64,000 nt of DNA from Candidatus Magasanikbacteria bacterium CG11_big_fil_rev_8_21_14_0_20_39_34 (GCA_002787355.1 PCWN01000007.1:248996-312995); one strand, 5' to 3'; positions 1 to 12,788 are shown, counted from the first letter of the stretch. The notes: generated from the sequence alone by a model not told the origin. Translations and numbers: made by a program.

Positions 1-598
1 CACCGGGAAGTTCTGCAGAGGCAATGCGTACTTTGAGTGCTTCTTCATAGTCCATGTCATCTAAAATTACAATAGACTCGTAACTATATAAACTATATTC
101 CTGAATAGTCGCATCAATATCTTCATATGATATACCTGAAATTTTTGAAAGCTTTTTGAGAACAAGCTTCTTCTCTTCCTTATTTTGCGGGAGATCTTGT
201 GGAAGAATAACCAATGCAAAGCTTGGTATATTTTCTGTTAATTGAACACCATTTCTATCAAATATCAAACCTCTTTCCGCCTGAATTGGGAGGGTTCTTT
301 GTCGATTTCCCTCTGCGAGTACTCGCATGTCTTCGCCATGTACAATTTGAAGGTAAAAAAGCCGTATGAGCAAAAGTGAAAATACAATACAGATGAATCC
401 AAAAAAAACTCTGTGACCAGAAAAAAGAAAACTTTTTCCTACATGTTCACCACTAAAAACAACTGGGATTTGCTTGTGTGTTCCTTTTTCAAAATTAAAT
501 GAATCCTCGACCCAATTCAGCCTATATCTCCCAAAAAGTTTTGGGAAATTTTCATTGTCTATCTCGAGTCCAAAGAGATTTTTTTTTCCTTGATCCAT
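1..598 (-). CDS. mrdA: Penicillin-binding protein 2, N-terminal part (runs off window)
   Basis: Manual translation from ATG at 598: TM segment then LFYLQIVHG..AEGNRQRTLPIQAERGLIFDRNG, the PBP dimerisation domain start; directly downstream of mreBCD. Confidence 0.9.
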   Translation of the reverse strand, partial: MDQGKKNLFGLEIDNENFPKLFGRYRLNWVEDSFNFEKGTHKQIPVVFSGEHVGKSFLFSGHRVFFGFICIVFSLLLIRLFYLQIVHGEDMRVLAEGNRQRTLPIQAERGLIFDRNGVQLTENIPSFALVILPQDLPQNKEEKKLVLKKLSKISGISYEDIDATIQEYSLYSYESIVILDDMDYEEALKVRIASAELPG

Positions 599-603
599 AG
601 ATG

Positions 604-1122
604 TTATGAAAAAGCAATTTTTTTATTCCGAAAAATTTTGTGTAAAAATGGATAACTTATGAGAATTGCAGCACCCGTAAAAAGTGCCTCCCAAGCAAAA
701 GTAACTGAAATAAGGATCGCAGAAATGGCAATCTGATGAAAAAATGAAAAAATAAAGAGTACTCCCAAATAGAGTCCACGATATATTGCCAAAGACAGTA
801 CAAGAAGACCAAGTAAAGCAAAGATCGATCTATTCGTAAAGAGGTACATAAAGAGCCAGTATGAAAAAAGTACAGAGATGGGTCCAATAACTAAAAGAAG
901 ACCAAAGGGAGTACCCGTATACAAGTCAAGTATAAAAAAAAGAACAAATGCAACCCAAACAATTCGTCCGGAACCTCCCCAAAAAATAGAATTTACAAAA
1001 AAGAAAAAAAGAATATTGAGATGATCAAACGGATATGGAAGTAAGTAAAGACAAGTAAAATGAAGAAATATTACCAAAAATAAAATACAAATCCAACCAA
1101 TTGTTTTTAAAAGAGAATTCAT
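604..1122 (-). CDS. mreD: Rod shape-determining membrane protein MreD-like
   Basis: 172 aa polytopic membrane protein between mreC and mrdA. Confidence 0.7.
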   Translation of the reverse strand: MNSLLKTIGWICILFLVIFLHFTCLYLLPYPFDHLNILFFFFVNSIFWGGSGRIVWVAFVLFFILDLYTGTPFGLLLVIGPISVLFSYWLFMYLFTNRSIFALLGLLVLSLAIYRGLYLGVLFIFSFFHQIAISAILISVTFAWEALFTGAAILISYPFLHKIFRNKKIAFS

Positions 1123-1125
1123 ACC

Positions 1126-1923
1126 CTAAGAAATAATAACTGAAACAATATGCACATTCCCTATTTGAGGATATGGTGTCAAAATAGCCCGTTGAAAAGG
1201 TTTGTATGGTTCTTTTTCAGTGGCCTGGATATTTCCTATAATAAGCCCACGGGGAATTTGATCTTCTAAACCGGAGGTAATAACACTATCTCCTACAGAT
1301 ATGACTTCATTTTGTGGAATGAGATTCATACGTACAGATAAACCAAACCCCCCTTCCACAACTCCCATACTTTTTTCTGTATTGAGGACCGTTGCAGCAA
1401 TGGCACTCTGATTATCATATATCAAACGCAAGACACTTTGGTTATCTTCTACACGTGCTATTTTTCCAATAAGATACCCACCACCAGCAATTACGGGTTG
1501 TCCAACTTCTATCCCCTGGTTTCTTCCAAGGTTAATAAGCATGGTATTTCCAACAGGTTCAACATTTAAACCAATTACTTGTGCACTCTTGTACTTATAA
1601 TCTGTCTTCTGTAAAAAGTTGAGTTGCTGTTTGAGCTGTTCGTTTTCATTTTTTAAAAGACCAAGTTGTGTATTGATAAGATCATAATCTTGCTGCCGAG
1701 TTAAAAGATCTTTGTACGCACTTTGGAGATCTTCAATGGATTCAAAATTTACTGTGTTATCATTAATCTGCATGCTCACTGAATAAAGTTCTGTGGAAAC
1801 AGGATTTATGATTCGCCGAATTCCATTTTCAAAAAAATTAAGTACACCAAAATAATGTAAACTAATGGTCACAAGAATGATGACGAAAAAAAGCAATAGA
1901 AATTGCAACTTTTTATTTCTCAT
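1126..1923 (-). CDS. mreC: Rod shape-determining protein MreC
   Basis: TM + coiled coil (LKNENEQLKQQL) + GDSVITSGL..IPRGLIIG motif. Confidence 0.93.
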   Translation of the reverse strand: MRNKKLQFLLLFFVIILVTISLHYFGVLNFFENGIRRIINPVSTELYSVSMQINDNTVNFESIEDLQSAYKDLLTRQQDYDLINTQLGLLKNENEQLKQQLNFLQKTDYKYKSAQVIGLNVEPVGNTMLINLGRNQGIEVGQPVIAGGGYLIGKIARVEDNQSVLRLIYDNQSAIAATVLNTEKSMGVVEGGFGLSVRMNLIPQNEVISVGDSVITSGLEDQIPRGLIIGNIQATEKEPYKPFQRAILTPYPQIGNVHIVSVIIS

Positions 1924-1934
1924 ACCAACTATGC

Positions 1935-2975
1935 TTAATCTCTGGCTGAAGGAAGTGCGATTTCTTTGAGAAGCTGTTCATCTTCAAGAAGGATACCGGT
2001 CCCACGAACCACAGCTGTAAGTGGATCATCAGCTACTCGAACTGGAATTTCTGCTACATTTGCAATAACCTTATCGAGCCCACGCAAAAGTGAACCTCCC
2101 CCTGCAAGAAGAAGACCCCTTTCATGGATGTCTGCGGTAAGTTCTGGTGGAGTCACCTCCAAAGTCATACGTACAAGGTCAAGAATAGCCTTGATGGAAC
2201 GATCAAGTGCAAGTTTTATATGCTCATTACTTACCATAACTTCTCGAGGAAGGCCGGTTACCACATCACGGCCACGCATTGGGAATTCAATTTTTTCATC
2301 TCCCAAAAGTGCAGCCCCAATTTTTATTTTTACTTGTTCTGCATAACTCTCACCAATAAAGAGATTGAACACTTCACGCGCATATTGGATAATATTTCTA
2401 TTCATTTCATCTCCGGCAATATCAATAGAACGCCAGGTAACGACTCCATTAAGAGATATAATAGCAACTTCTGTATTTCCGCCACCAATGTCTACAATCA
2501 TATTTCCAACCGGGTCTTGAATAGGCATTCTACATCCAATAGCAGCAGCCATAGGTTCTTGTACTAAGAACACCTCGCTGGCCCCGGCTGCAATAGTTGC
2601 ATCTTCTACTGCTTTGCGTTCTACTTCGGTTACTTCAAGAGGAACACAAATAACAACTTTTGGCCTATGAGTAAATGAAAGTCCACCTTCACTTACTTTA
2701 GAAAGAAAATATTTCAACATTTTTTCTGCAACTTCATAGTCAGAAATAATACCTCCCGTAAGCGGACGGGTCACCTCAATATGTGGAGGAGTTTTTCCAA
2801 GCATGTCTTTTGCTTCATTTCCCACGGCCAAAATTTGTTCGGTACGGGTATTGACGGCCACAACCGTTGGCTCATTGATAACAATCCCCTTTTCTTGTAC
2901 GTACAACAAAGTATTGGCCGTTCCGAGGTCAATACCAATTTTCATTCCAAACCTATTAAAAATGCGTCTAAACAT
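1935..2975 (-). CDS. mreB: Rod shape-determining actin MreB
   Basis: IGIDLGTANT, EPMAAAIG, VDIGGG, GGGSLLRG motifs. Confidence 0.97.
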   Translation of the reverse strand: MFRRIFNRFGMKIGIDLGTANTLLYVQEKGIVINEPTVVAVNTRTEQILAVGNEAKDMLGKTPPHIEVTRPLTGGIISDYEVAEKMLKYFLSKVSEGGLSFTHRPKVVICVPLEVTEVERKAVEDATIAAGASEVFLVQEPMAAAIGCRMPIQDPVGNMIVDIGGGNTEVAIISLNGVVTWRSIDIAGDEMNRNIIQYAREVFNLFIGESYAEQVKIKIGAALLGDEKIEFPMRGRDVVTGLPREVMVSNEHIKLALDRSIKAILDLVRMTLEVTPPELTADIHERGLLLAGGGSLLRGLDKVIANVAEIPVRVADDPLTAVVRGTGILLEDEQLLKEIALPSARD

Positions 2976-4209
2976 AAATATTTTCTATTTTAACAAACTC
3001 TGCTTCATCTTTGGTACGAAGTTTCATTTCGAGAGTTTCATTTTCCAGTGTCTTTTGACTTACAATATAGCGTTTTGGAATTCCCAAAAGATCACTTTCT
3101 GCAAATTTTTGACCAGCACTTACGTCTTCTCTATCGTCAAAGAGTACCTCAACTCCACTTGCTTTGAGTTTTTGATAAATTTCTTCTGCTTGCTTCTTGT
3201 CATTTTCTTCCCTACAAAGAGAGATGAGATGCACCTGAAATGGGGCCACTGATTCTGGCCACACAATTCCCTTTTCATCTGCAAAACGTTCTACAATAAC
3301 TCCCATCAGTCGAGTAATGCCAATTCCGTAAGAACCAAGGTGGACAGGAATATTTTTTCCGGTATTGTCAACATAATTTAATCCTAACTGTTCGGTCTTG
3401 AGTGTTCCAAAGTTAAAGATATTTCCAACTTCTGCAGTTTTTACCAAAGTAAGTTCCTCTTTGGTTACTCCTAAATCGTTCAACGTTTCTTCATTGAGCA
3501 CTTCTTCATTTATGGCAATGTTCTTTTCTCGATTTATGTAAATCATGTCCTCCCCAGCATCGGTAATGGTTTGAAATTCGTGACTAAACTGCGTAAAGGC
3601 ACCTCCGGAAGCAAATGTTACAAAGGTATCATCTTTGAGCCCAACACGCTCAAATACGCGCATATACGCCTCTATAACCCCATTATAAAATGCTTCATGC
3701 TGTTGTTCATCGGTAGCATAGGAATACATATCTTTCATAACAAATTCCCGACCACGCATAATTCCACTTTTTGCCCGCAACTCATTCCGAAGTTTGGTTT
3801 GAAACTGGTATACATAAATAGGCAGATCCTTGTAACTGGAAATATAGTGCTTCATCATCTCAGTGATTGGTTCTTCATGAGACCATCCAAATCCTAACTC
3901 GACACCATTTTTTAGGGAAGATTTAAACCATACATCAACTTTCTCATCATCCCAACGATCTGTTTGTTCCCAAAGCTCTTTGCGTTGGAGTGCAGTCATG
4001 ATCAATTCTTGTCCTCCAATGGCATCCATTTCCTCACGAACAATCTGTTTTATTTTTTCAAGGACTCGAATACCCAAAGGAAGATATGCATATACACCTG
4101 CCATTTCTTTATAAATATAACCAGCACGAATAAGAAGTTGAGCATTAAATGCTACTTCTCCTGCAGGTGCTTCTTTTCGAGCTTTCGTAAAAAGGAGTGA
4201 TTGACGCAT
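2968..4209 (-). CDS. proS: Prolyl-tRNA synthetase (short form without INS editing domain)
   Basis: LLIRAGYI, RNELRAKSGIMRGREF, GSYGIGITR, C-terminal anticodon domain; 413 aa. Confidence 0.93.
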   Translation of the reverse strand: MRQSLLFTKARKEAPAGEVAFNAQLLIRAGYIYKEMAGVYAYLPLGIRVLEKIKQIVREEMDAIGGQELIMTALQRKELWEQTDRWDDEKVDVWFKSSLKNGVELGFGWSHEEPITEMMKHYISSYKDLPIYVYQFQTKLRNELRAKSGIMRGREFVMKDMYSYATDEQQHEAFYNGVIEAYMRVFERVGLKDDTFVTFASGGAFTQFSHEFQTITDAGEDMIYINREKNIAINEEVLNEETLNDLGVTKEELTLVKTAEVGNIFNFGTLKTEQLGLNYVDNTGKNIPVHLGSYGIGITRLMGVIVERFADEKGIVWPESVAPFQVHLISLCREENDKKQAEEIYQKLKASGVEVLFDDREDVSAGQKFAESDLLGIPKRYIVSQKTLENETLEMKLRTKDEAEFVKIENIYV

Positions 4210-4210
4210 A

Positions 4211-4600
4211 TTATATATGATTATGTTCTTTCAGGCTACGCTTCAACAAATAAGACAAACCCAAAGCTAAGATAAAAAAAGAAAAATTCCATATGGTGAG
4301 TAACCCTCTCCCTTGAAGAAAGAGTAAAAAAATAAGAACGAGAGAGAGAATGAGAGATTGCTTGAAACTTTTGGTAACAAGACGGTAGATCGGGGGCGGA
4401 ACCTTGACTAGGTATGAATAGGCCAAAAAAAATAATAATGAGAATGATCCCACGAATGCAAAACAAAGGCTCAGATAAAAAAAGATAAATCCTAAACTGT
4501 TACTTGTAAAAGGATCAATATTAAAAAGGACTACCACAAAGGAAGCCCAACAGAGAAGGGTTGCCATGAGCATTACGATAATATATTGCTTGAGTTTCAT
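4211..4600 (-). CDS. Hypothetical 4-TM membrane protein
   Basis: Hydrophobic ORF; likely start ATG 4600 (MKLKQY). Confidence 0.7.
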   Translation of the reverse strand: MKLKQYIIVMLMATLLCWASFVVVLFNIDPFTSNSLGFIFFYLSLCFAFVGSFSLLFFLAYSYLVKVPPPIYRLVTKSFKQSLILSLVLIFLLFLQGRGLLTIWNFSFFILALGLSYLLKRSLKEHNHI

Positions 4601-4661
4601 AAAAAAAAGCCATTCTATGGCCATTTTATCGTATAAAAGCAATGTTTGCAAGGGGATGATT

Positions 4662-4952
4662 TTATGAGAGATACCGTATCCTGTCTACCTCTTTTTTCCC
4701 TAATTTTTCATTGATTTTTGCAACTAAATCCTCATGGTGAAGACGAATCTCTTGAGCTATTACACTGCTTGCGCAGGAGACCGTAAGTGTCCTGTTTTTC
4801 AAAAAGAGGGGTCTAATATAAGCCATTTTTTCTTGATCAAAAAAGGAGGCAAAAGCTTTTTCTGCAATCTCAACAACGCGGGATGCATCAATTTGATCTT
4901 GTAGGGAGGTATTTTGCATTTTTTTGCGTATAGCGTCTCCAAGTGATTGCAT
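4662..4952 (-). CDS. DUF721/DciA-family protein
   Basis: LTVSCASSVIAQEI..LVAKINEKLG pattern, 96 aa. Confidence 0.75.
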   Translation of the reverse strand: MQSLGDAIRKKMQNTSLQDQIDASRVVEIAEKAFASFFDQEKMAYIRPLFLKNRTLTVSCASSVIAQEIRLHHEDLVAKINEKLGKKEVDRIRYLS

Positions 4953-4968
4953 GCAATTATACTAAAAG

Positions 4969-7920
4969 TTAAAGTTCTCGATATTCACAAATTTCCTTGA
5001 AATCACAAAATTTACAGGTAAACTTATTGGGTTTTGCAGTAAAGTCTTTGGTATGTATACCATCGATGGTCTTTACTATCTTTGCCTGTAATTTTTCAAG
5101 GTCTTTATTTTCTCCTATAAAACTTGTCTTTACGTTATCATTTAGATAGTAAAAAGTCAACTTGGAGACCGGTCCAATGTGTCTATATTCAGGAAGACTT
5201 TCTGCAGCTATTTGGTAGATAAGCAGCTGCTCTTTATCCTCTGATGTTAGCTTTTCTTTCGTAGCACCCGTTTTATAATCAATAATCTCAATGGACTTAT
5301 CATCATGTTGATCAATCCTATCAATTCTTCCATGAAGAAGATAGTCCCCTACTTGAATCTTAAACCAACTTTCCAATCCCACGGGGACACTCCAATTCCC
5401 TTCTTGAGCTGCATAAAATGTTTGTAAAATTTCTTTTCCTTTTTCAAAGTAACTATCTTTTTGTGATGTACTTTTAAACCAATCATCTATCCAATTCCTT
5501 TTATACAGTGCAAGAAGTTCCTCCAAAGATGGAACTTGTACAGTGTTGCTATCGCGCGGAGGCTGAACAAACTCGGCAAAAAGTGAAACTTGTTTTGCAG
5601 AATTTTTTTCCTGAACCAGTTTATAAAAATCTTGAAGTGTTTTGTGCATGGTATTTCCAAAGCTAAAACTGGCACTTCCTTTCGTGGGAATTTTGAGTAT
5701 ATGTGCAAGTTTGTACTGATACGGACATGTTTCATAAGCCTTGATCTGAGAAAATGAAAATACTTTTGGAATATCATACACAACACCTTGCTTTTCCTGG
5801 GAGATATTTGTCTGTGTATCGGCAATAGAAAAAAGTGCTTCCATGTTCTTTTGAAGATTTTTTTCTTTGGCAATATCAATCCCTGACTCTCCAATAAAAC
5901 GAGAAATTTTTTTCTTTCTTTGTCCACCATAATCATCTGCACTACAGAGATACACACGTTCTTTCGCCCGTGTAAGTGCAACATACATAAGTCTTCTTTC
6001 TTCTTGATAGTGTATTTGGTGAGAAGAAATCTGTTCATGTATAAGCTCTTCTGGGACCTCAATGCCTTTTGATTGGGATCGTGAAGGAAAGCGCTCTTCT
6101 ACTGCGTCTAAAATAAAAACATATCTAAATTCCAAACCCTTGGCCGCATGAACCGTCATGATATTCACTGAATCCGGTGTGTCGGTTGGTTGATAGAGTT
6201 GACCTTCATCTCCAGCATCAAGGATATGTTCATAATTTTTCATAAAATGCTTAAGGTGCGGATCCGTGGTAGTTTGTTCATATTTTGTAAGAAGTTCAAA
6301 GAACTGCTTCAGTTGGTAAATTTGTCGAATGATTTCTGCATTTCCCTCTTCCTCTTTTTGTGTAAGATAAGAAAGATAACCGCTTTGCTCCAAAAATTGA
6401 TACAGTAATGTGGACGGCTTTTGTCCTCGTGCATTTTTCATTCCATCATGGATAATATTAACCACCTTATTACAGATATGAATTCCCTCCTGTGACACCC
6501 CAAACTCAGCAGCACGTTTGAGAAGAACATAGTAAGACAAACTTTTCTTTTTTGAAGCAAAAGTGATTTTTTGTATATCAGATTCTTTGAGTTCTAAAAA
6601 AGGAAGCCGAAGAAGTCGATACATGGCGCTATCTTCTTTATGCTGGTCTAACACACGAAAAAAATTAACACAATCAAGTACAAGCGGTTGGCGAAATAAA
6701 CCAGATGCTGCCAAAAATTCATAAGGAATTTTTGCCTTCTGTAACATATCAATATACGGCGTCGCATGACCATTTGCACGTACAAGAAGCGCAAAATCGT
6801 CCCATACAGCATCTTTATTATCCTGTTTTAAACGCAAAATTTCTTGTGCAACAGAAAAAATAAGATCCGTTTGGGTATCAAAATGAAAATGCTCTACGCT
6901 CTTTTGAGAGCTTTGTTTTTTTTGTGAGATAAGTTTTTTATCCAGCTGTAGTTTTACTTCCAAACGATCTGGATTATTATGCTGTACCAGTGTATGTGCG
7001 GCATCTAATATAGGTTGAGCAGAACGATAATTTTCTGAAAGTACAACTTCATGTGCCGTAGGAAAATCTTCTTTAAAACGCAAAATGTTGGAAACCGATG
7101 CCCCTCGGAACGCATAGATAGCTTGGTCATCATCCCCCACCACAGTAAGGTGTGCATGCTCTGAAAGACACTGGATGAGTCGGTATTGTGACCAATTGAC
7201 ATCTTGAAATTCATCCAAAAGTATATATTTAAATCTTTGTGAAAATTCTTTTTTTATCATTGGTCTTTCCTCCAATAACTTTACAGAGTAATAAATAAGA
7301 TCCGCAAAATCCATGCAAGCATTATCAAGTAACAGCTGATTGTAAACTTTGTACGCTTGTGCAATTTCCAGAAGTCTTTTCTTCTCATCTGCTTCATCCT
7401 CTTGAAACACCCGCTTATTTACATATTCTAGATACTCTTCCGGACTTATCATTTCATCTTTGCATTTTTGAAAATGAGAAATAAAATCATGAATATGTTT
7501 GGTTGGGTTCCCCAAAGGTTTGTAATATTCCAACGGAAACAAATCTAGGTTTTCTTGTACCAAGAGCCAGCATTCTGTTTGAGTCAGAAGTCGAAATTGT
7601 GTTGAAAGTCCAATATCAATACCAAAATTTTCTATAATTTTTTTGCAAAAATTATGAAAAGTAGATATTTGCATATCCAGATACCCAGTTTCCAGAAGAG
7701 CATCTACACGCTCCTCCATTTCAGAAGCCGCTTTTTCTGTAAATGTAATAGCCAAAATTTCCTCAGCCTTTCCCAGTTGGGACTTTATAATATGTGCAAT
7801 TTTTTCAGAAATTACCGTAGTTTTTCCTGTCCCAGCTCCGGCAATAATAAGAAGCGGATTATCAAAATAAAGAACCGCTTCTTTCTGTGCAGCATTGAGT
7901 TGTGTTTGTTTTTTATCCAT
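4969..7920 (-). CDS. UvrD/PcrA-type SF1 helicase fused to C-terminal PD-(D/E)XK nuclease with Fe-S cysteines
   Basis: AGAGTGKT, DEFQD, TVHAAKGLEF, YVALTRA; C-terminal CPYQY..GRIDRID..IIDYKTG..CKFCDFKEIC. Confidence 0.92.
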   Translation of the reverse strand: MDKKQTQLNAAQKEAVLYFDNPLLIIAGAGTGKTTVISEKIAHIIKSQLGKAEEILAITFTEKAASEMEERVDALLETGYLDMQISTFHNFCKKIIENFGIDIGLSTQFRLLTQTECWLLVQENLDLFPLEYYKPLGNPTKHIHDFISHFQKCKDEMISPEEYLEYVNKRVFQEDEADEKKRLLEIAQAYKVYNQLLLDNACMDFADLIYYSVKLLEERPMIKKEFSQRFKYILLDEFQDVNWSQYRLIQCLSEHAHLTVVGDDDQAIYAFRGASVSNILRFKEDFPTAHEVVLSENYRSAQPILDAAHTLVQHNNPDRLEVKLQLDKKLISQKKQSSQKSVEHFHFDTQTDLIFSVAQEILRLKQDNKDAVWDDFALLVRANGHATPYIDMLQKAKIPYEFLAASGLFRQPLVLDCVNFFRVLDQHKEDSAMYRLLRLPFLELKESDIQKITFASKKKSLSYYVLLKRAAEFGVSQEGIHICNKVVNIIHDGMKNARGQKPSTLLYQFLEQSGYLSYLTQKEEEGNAEIIRQIYQLKQFFELLTKYEQTTTDPHLKHFMKNYEHILDAGDEGQLYQPTDTPDSVNIMTVHAAKGLEFRYVFILDAVEERFPSRSQSKGIEVPEELIHEQISSHQIHYQEERRLMYVALTRAKERVYLCSADDYGGQRKKKISRFIGESGIDIAKEKNLQKNMEALFSIADTQTNISQEKQGVVYDIPKVFSFSQIKAYETCPYQYKLAHILKIPTKGSASFSFGNTMHKTLQDFYKLVQEKNSAKQVSLFAEFVQPPRDSNTVQVPSLEELLALYKRNWIDDWFKSTSQKDSYFEKGKEILQTFYAAQEGNWSVPVGLESWFKIQVGDYLLHGRIDRIDQHDDKSIEIIDYKTGATKEKLTSEDKEQLLIYQIAAESLPEYRHIGPVSKLTFYYLNDNVKTSFIGENKDLEKLQAKIVKTIDGIHTKDFTAKPNKFTCKFCDFKEICEYREL

Positions 7921-8009
7921 TTTATTGCCCAAAAACAAATTTTTTAGATATAAAAACCAGGCATAAAGCCCGGTCTTATTGTATCAATAAGTTCTCATGC
8001 AAACAAGGC

Positions 8010-8438
8010 TTAATTGAGATGGACTTCCCTATACTTACTTCCTACATGAATACGTGCCAATTCCTTCTCAATTTTTGCTTGTAACAAGGCAAAGTCAACA
8101 TCTGCCAGCTTATCTTCATTTTTGAGGAGTTCTTCTGCACGCTTGAGTGCGTCCTGAGCACGTGAAAGGTCAATTTCCTCTGCACGTTCAGCGGTATCTG
8201 CCATTATATACACTCTACTGTCCGATTGTATCTCCAAAAATCCCCCAGAAACAGCAACATTTATAGTACTCCCATCAACTTTATGAACATTCATCTCACC
8301 AGACTGTAATACAGAAATCAAAGGCGCATGTCTTTCACACACCGTAATCATACCATTGGTGGTAGGAATGGAGACTTTTTCTATTTCGTCGCTGTAGGTC
8401 ACTCCATAGGGAGTAACAATTTTAAAATCAATAGGCAT
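8010..8438 (-). CDS. atpC: ATP synthase epsilon subunit
   Basis: IVTP, HAPLIS, VSGGFLE, ADTAERAEEID. Confidence 0.95.
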   Translation of the reverse strand: MPIDFKIVTPYGVTYSDEIEKVSIPTTNGMITVCERHAPLISVLQSGEMNVHKVDGSTINVAVSGGFLEIQSDSRVYIMADTAERAEEIDLSRAQDALKRAEELLKNEDKLADVDFALLQAKIEKELARIHVGSKYREVHLN

Positions 8439-8462
8439 AATATAATGCTAGCGTATAAGTTC

Positions 8463-9875
<1,413 letters not shown>

Positions 9876-9899
9876 TTACAGTTATGTAATTAATGAATC

Positions 9900-10853
9900 T
9901 TATTCAAGTGCTGCCGCTCCTCCTGCAATTTCAGAAATTTCTTGTGTAATAGCAGCCTGTCTTGCCTTGTTAAAGGTCAACGTCAAGGAACCAATCATAT
10001 CCGAGGCGGCCTCACTCGCATTCTTCATAGCTACCATCCGTGCACTATGTTCACTTGCGGCTGACTCAAGTATAGTTTCAAACAACTGTACTTCCACAAG
10101 TCGTGGGATAATAGTATTGAGGATAGTTTCTAAATCCGGTTCAAATAAATAATTTTCAATTGGGAAAGGATCTTTATATGATTCATCCATTTCTTTTGGA
10201 AGTTGTTGCAAAGTTTTTTCCAAATCATGTTCTGAAATAGGAAGTAACTGCCTTATTTTTACCGTTTGAACCAAGGTAGATCCAAAATGTGTATACACAA
10301 CTGCAATCTTTTCATATTTCTTTTTCAAGAAGAGATCTACAACCATGTTGCTAATCGGAAGAACATCTTCGTAGGTTGGCTTTTCTGAAAGCTTATCAAA
10401 CACAGCTACCAAATCCAAACCATTTCTTTTTGCTATTAATGCACTCTTTTTTCCAATCCCCAAAACATCAATTTTTACATCTGACTCAGGTTCAATTTCA
10501 AAATCATTGGTAATTCTATGTTTTGAAAGATTTTGTTTGTCTTGTAAAAGTACTCCACATCTTTTGATTACATTGGCATTAAAACTTCCACATAATCCTC
10601 TATTTGAAGAAATAGCAATCAGTAACATGTTTTTGACTGGTCTTTTTTCTAGGAGAGGAAAATTTGGTTCGTCTACACGCGCAAGATGCGAAAGAATCTC
10701 AAGACAAAGGGACGCGTACATACGTGTAGAGAGTGCCGCATCTACCGCTCTTCGCATCTTTGCAGCAGAAACCATCTCCATTGCCTTGGTGATTTTTTTT
10801 GTGTTCTTTACAGATTTTATTCTGGCATTGATTGCCTTTGTAGAAACGGCCAT
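9900..10853 (-). CDS. atpG: ATP synthase gamma subunit
   Basis: KITKAMEMVSAAK, RGLCG, RQAAITQEISEI. Confidence 0.97.
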   Translation of the reverse strand: MAVSTKAINARIKSVKNTKKITKAMEMVSAAKMRRAVDAALSTRMYASLCLEILSHLARVDEPNFPLLEKRPVKNMLLIAISSNRGLCGSFNANVIKRCGVLLQDKQNLSKHRITNDFEIEPESDVKIDVLGIGKKSALIAKRNGLDLVAVFDKLSEKPTYEDVLPISNMVVDLFLKKKYEKIAVVYTHFGSTLVQTVKIRQLLPISEHDLEKTLQQLPKEMDESYKDPFPIENYLFEPDLETILNTIIPRLVEVQLFETILESAASEHSARMVAMKNASEAASDMIGSLTLTFNKARQAAITQEISEIAGGAAALE

Positions 10854-10879
10854 AGTAGGTTCTTCTTTCTTGGAATCTT

Positions 10880-12373
10880 TTATTGTTTTTTAAATTCATC
10901 AAGAGCAAGTTTCAAATCCTCCACCACTTTATCATCCCACTTTCCTTCACGAATAGTTTCTAATAGTACAGATTTTGTACTTCTCATAAATTGAAGTAAT
11001 TTTTCTTCAACTCCACGAACATTTTCAACATTCTCTGCGTCCAAAAGTCCTTGGCTGGCTGCATATATTGATACAACTTGCTCCTCCACAAGCATTGGAC
11101 TGTATTGTGGTTGTTTCAGAAGTTCAGTAAAACGTCGTCCACGATCAATCTGCTTTTTGGTTTCTGGATCAAGATCTGAACTAAACTGTGCAAAGGCTTC
11201 CAACTCTCGAAACTGGGCCAAACTGAGTTTCAAGGTACCGGCAACTTTTTTCATTGGTTTGGTTTGAGCTGCTCCACCTACACGAGACACAGACAACCCA
11301 ACGTTAATAGCTGGTCGAACGCCTTTGTAGAAGAGATCACTCTCAAGATAAATCTGTCCATCGGTAATAGAAATAACATTCGTAGGAATATATGCAGATA
11401 CATCTCCTGCCTGTGTCTCAATAATTGGCAACGCAGTAATAGAACCTCCGCCATATTTGGTATTCAAACGACATGATCTCTCCAAAAGACGTGAGTGAAG
11501 ATAAAACACATCTCCAGGATACGCTTCACGTCCTGGTGGACGGCGCAAAAGTAATGACATTTCACGATATGCCCAAGCCTGTTTTGTAAGATCATCGTAC
11601 ACAATCAATACATCCTGTCCTTTGTCTGCAAAGTATTCTGCCATGGCAACTCCAGAATATGGAGCTAAATAACTCATAGGTGCTGGTTCTGAGGCTCCGG
11701 CTGTCACCACAATGGTGTAATCCATAGCTCCAAGTTCTTTCAAACGAGCAACAATGCGTGCAACTTTGGATTCCTTTTGTCCAATTGCAACGTAAACACA
11801 GGTCATGTTTTGTCCCTTTTGATTGAGGATAGTGTCAATGGCAATAGAGGTTTTTCCGGTCTGACGATCCCCAATAATCAACTCACGTTGACCACGTCCT
11901 ACCGGAGTCATCGCATCAATTGCTTTGATACCAGTTTGCATAGGAACACTTACGGGTTCACGAGACATCACACCAGAAGCAACTCGTTCGAGTGGATATT
12001 TTTTTGAAGTTTTCAATTCACCTAATCCATCTACCGGTTCACCAAGTGCATTCACCACGCGTCCAATAAGTGCCTCTCCTACGGGAACGGACATAATTTG
12101 TCCGGTTCTCTTTACGGTGTCCCCTTCTTTAATGGCTTTAAAATCCCCCAAAATAATTGCACCAACCGTTTCTTCTTCAAGGTTTAATGCAAGGCCTTTA
12201 ATTCCACCAGGAAATTCAAGCATTTCTTGTGCCTGACATTTTTCCAATCCGGTCATACGAGCAATACCATCTCCAACGGCAATAACGGTTCCAATTTCCT
12301 CAACCTTTATTTCAGTTTTTGATGCTTCAATTTGTTTCTTTAAATTGGCAACGATTTGATCTGTGTGTGACAT
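10880..12373 (-). CDS. atpA: ATP synthase alpha subunit
   Basis: [28 protein letters not shown]. Confidence 0.98.
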   Translation of the reverse strand: MSHTDQIVANLKKQIEASKTEIKVEEIGTVIAVGDGIARMTGLEKCQAQEMLEFPGGIKGLALNLEEETVGAIILGDFKAIKEGDTVKRTGQIMSVPVGEALIGRVVNALGEPVDGLGELKTSKKYPLERVASGVMSREPVSVPMQTGIKAIDAMTPVGRGQRELIIGDRQTGKTSIAIDTILNQKGQNMTCVYVAIGQKESKVARIVARLKELGAMDYTIVVTAGASEPAPMSYLAPYSGVAMAEYFADKGQDVLIVYDDLTKQAWAYREMSLLLRRPPGREAYPGDVFYLHSRLLERSCRLNTKYGGGSITALPIIETQAGDVSAYIPTNVISITDGQIYLESDLFYKGVRPAINVGLSVSRVGGAAQTKPMKKVAGTLKLSLAQFRELEAFAQFSSDLDPETKKQIDRGRRFTELLKQPQYSPMLVEEQVVSIYAASQGLLDAENVENVRGVEEKLLQFMRSTKSVLLETIREGKWDDKVVEDLKLALDEFKKQ

Positions 12374-12374
12374 A

Positions 12375-12767
12375 CTACTGTTGAATTAATTCTCGTTTTA
12401 GTACTTCAAGTTGTGTTTTTATACTTCCATCTAGGATTTTATCTCCAGTATTGAGGATAATCCCTCCTATGATTGACTCATCAATCTCAGATTGTATATT
12501 TACTTTTTTTCCAAAACTTTTTTTTATTGCATCCAATGTAGAAGGCGCCAGTTTCTTTGCACTTTTTACTTGAATATCAAGTATACCTTCCTTTTTTTTT
12601 GCATATTTTTCAAACTCGGCAATGATATAGTTTACTTTTGAAAAAACGTACTCCCCCTTCAAAAAATTGATAAACTCAGCAATGGCAAGTTCCAACTCTT
12701 CTCCCTTCTTTCCCAACGTTATCTCGTAGAGAATCTTTGCATATTGTCGTGGAATCATTTTAGCCAT
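12375..12767 (-). CDS. atpH: ATP synthase delta subunit (short)
   Basis: YAKIL at N-terminus, [19 protein letters not shown]; operon position. Confidence 0.88.
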   Translation of the reverse strand: MAKMIPRQYAKILYEITLGKKGEELELAIAEFINFLKGEYVFSKVNYIIAEFEKYAKKKEGILDIQVKSAKKLAPSTLDAIKKSFGKKVNIQSEIDESIIGGIILNTGDKILDGSIKTQLEVLKRELIQQ

Positions 12768-12788
12768 AAAACCTTACTAAAAAAGAAA

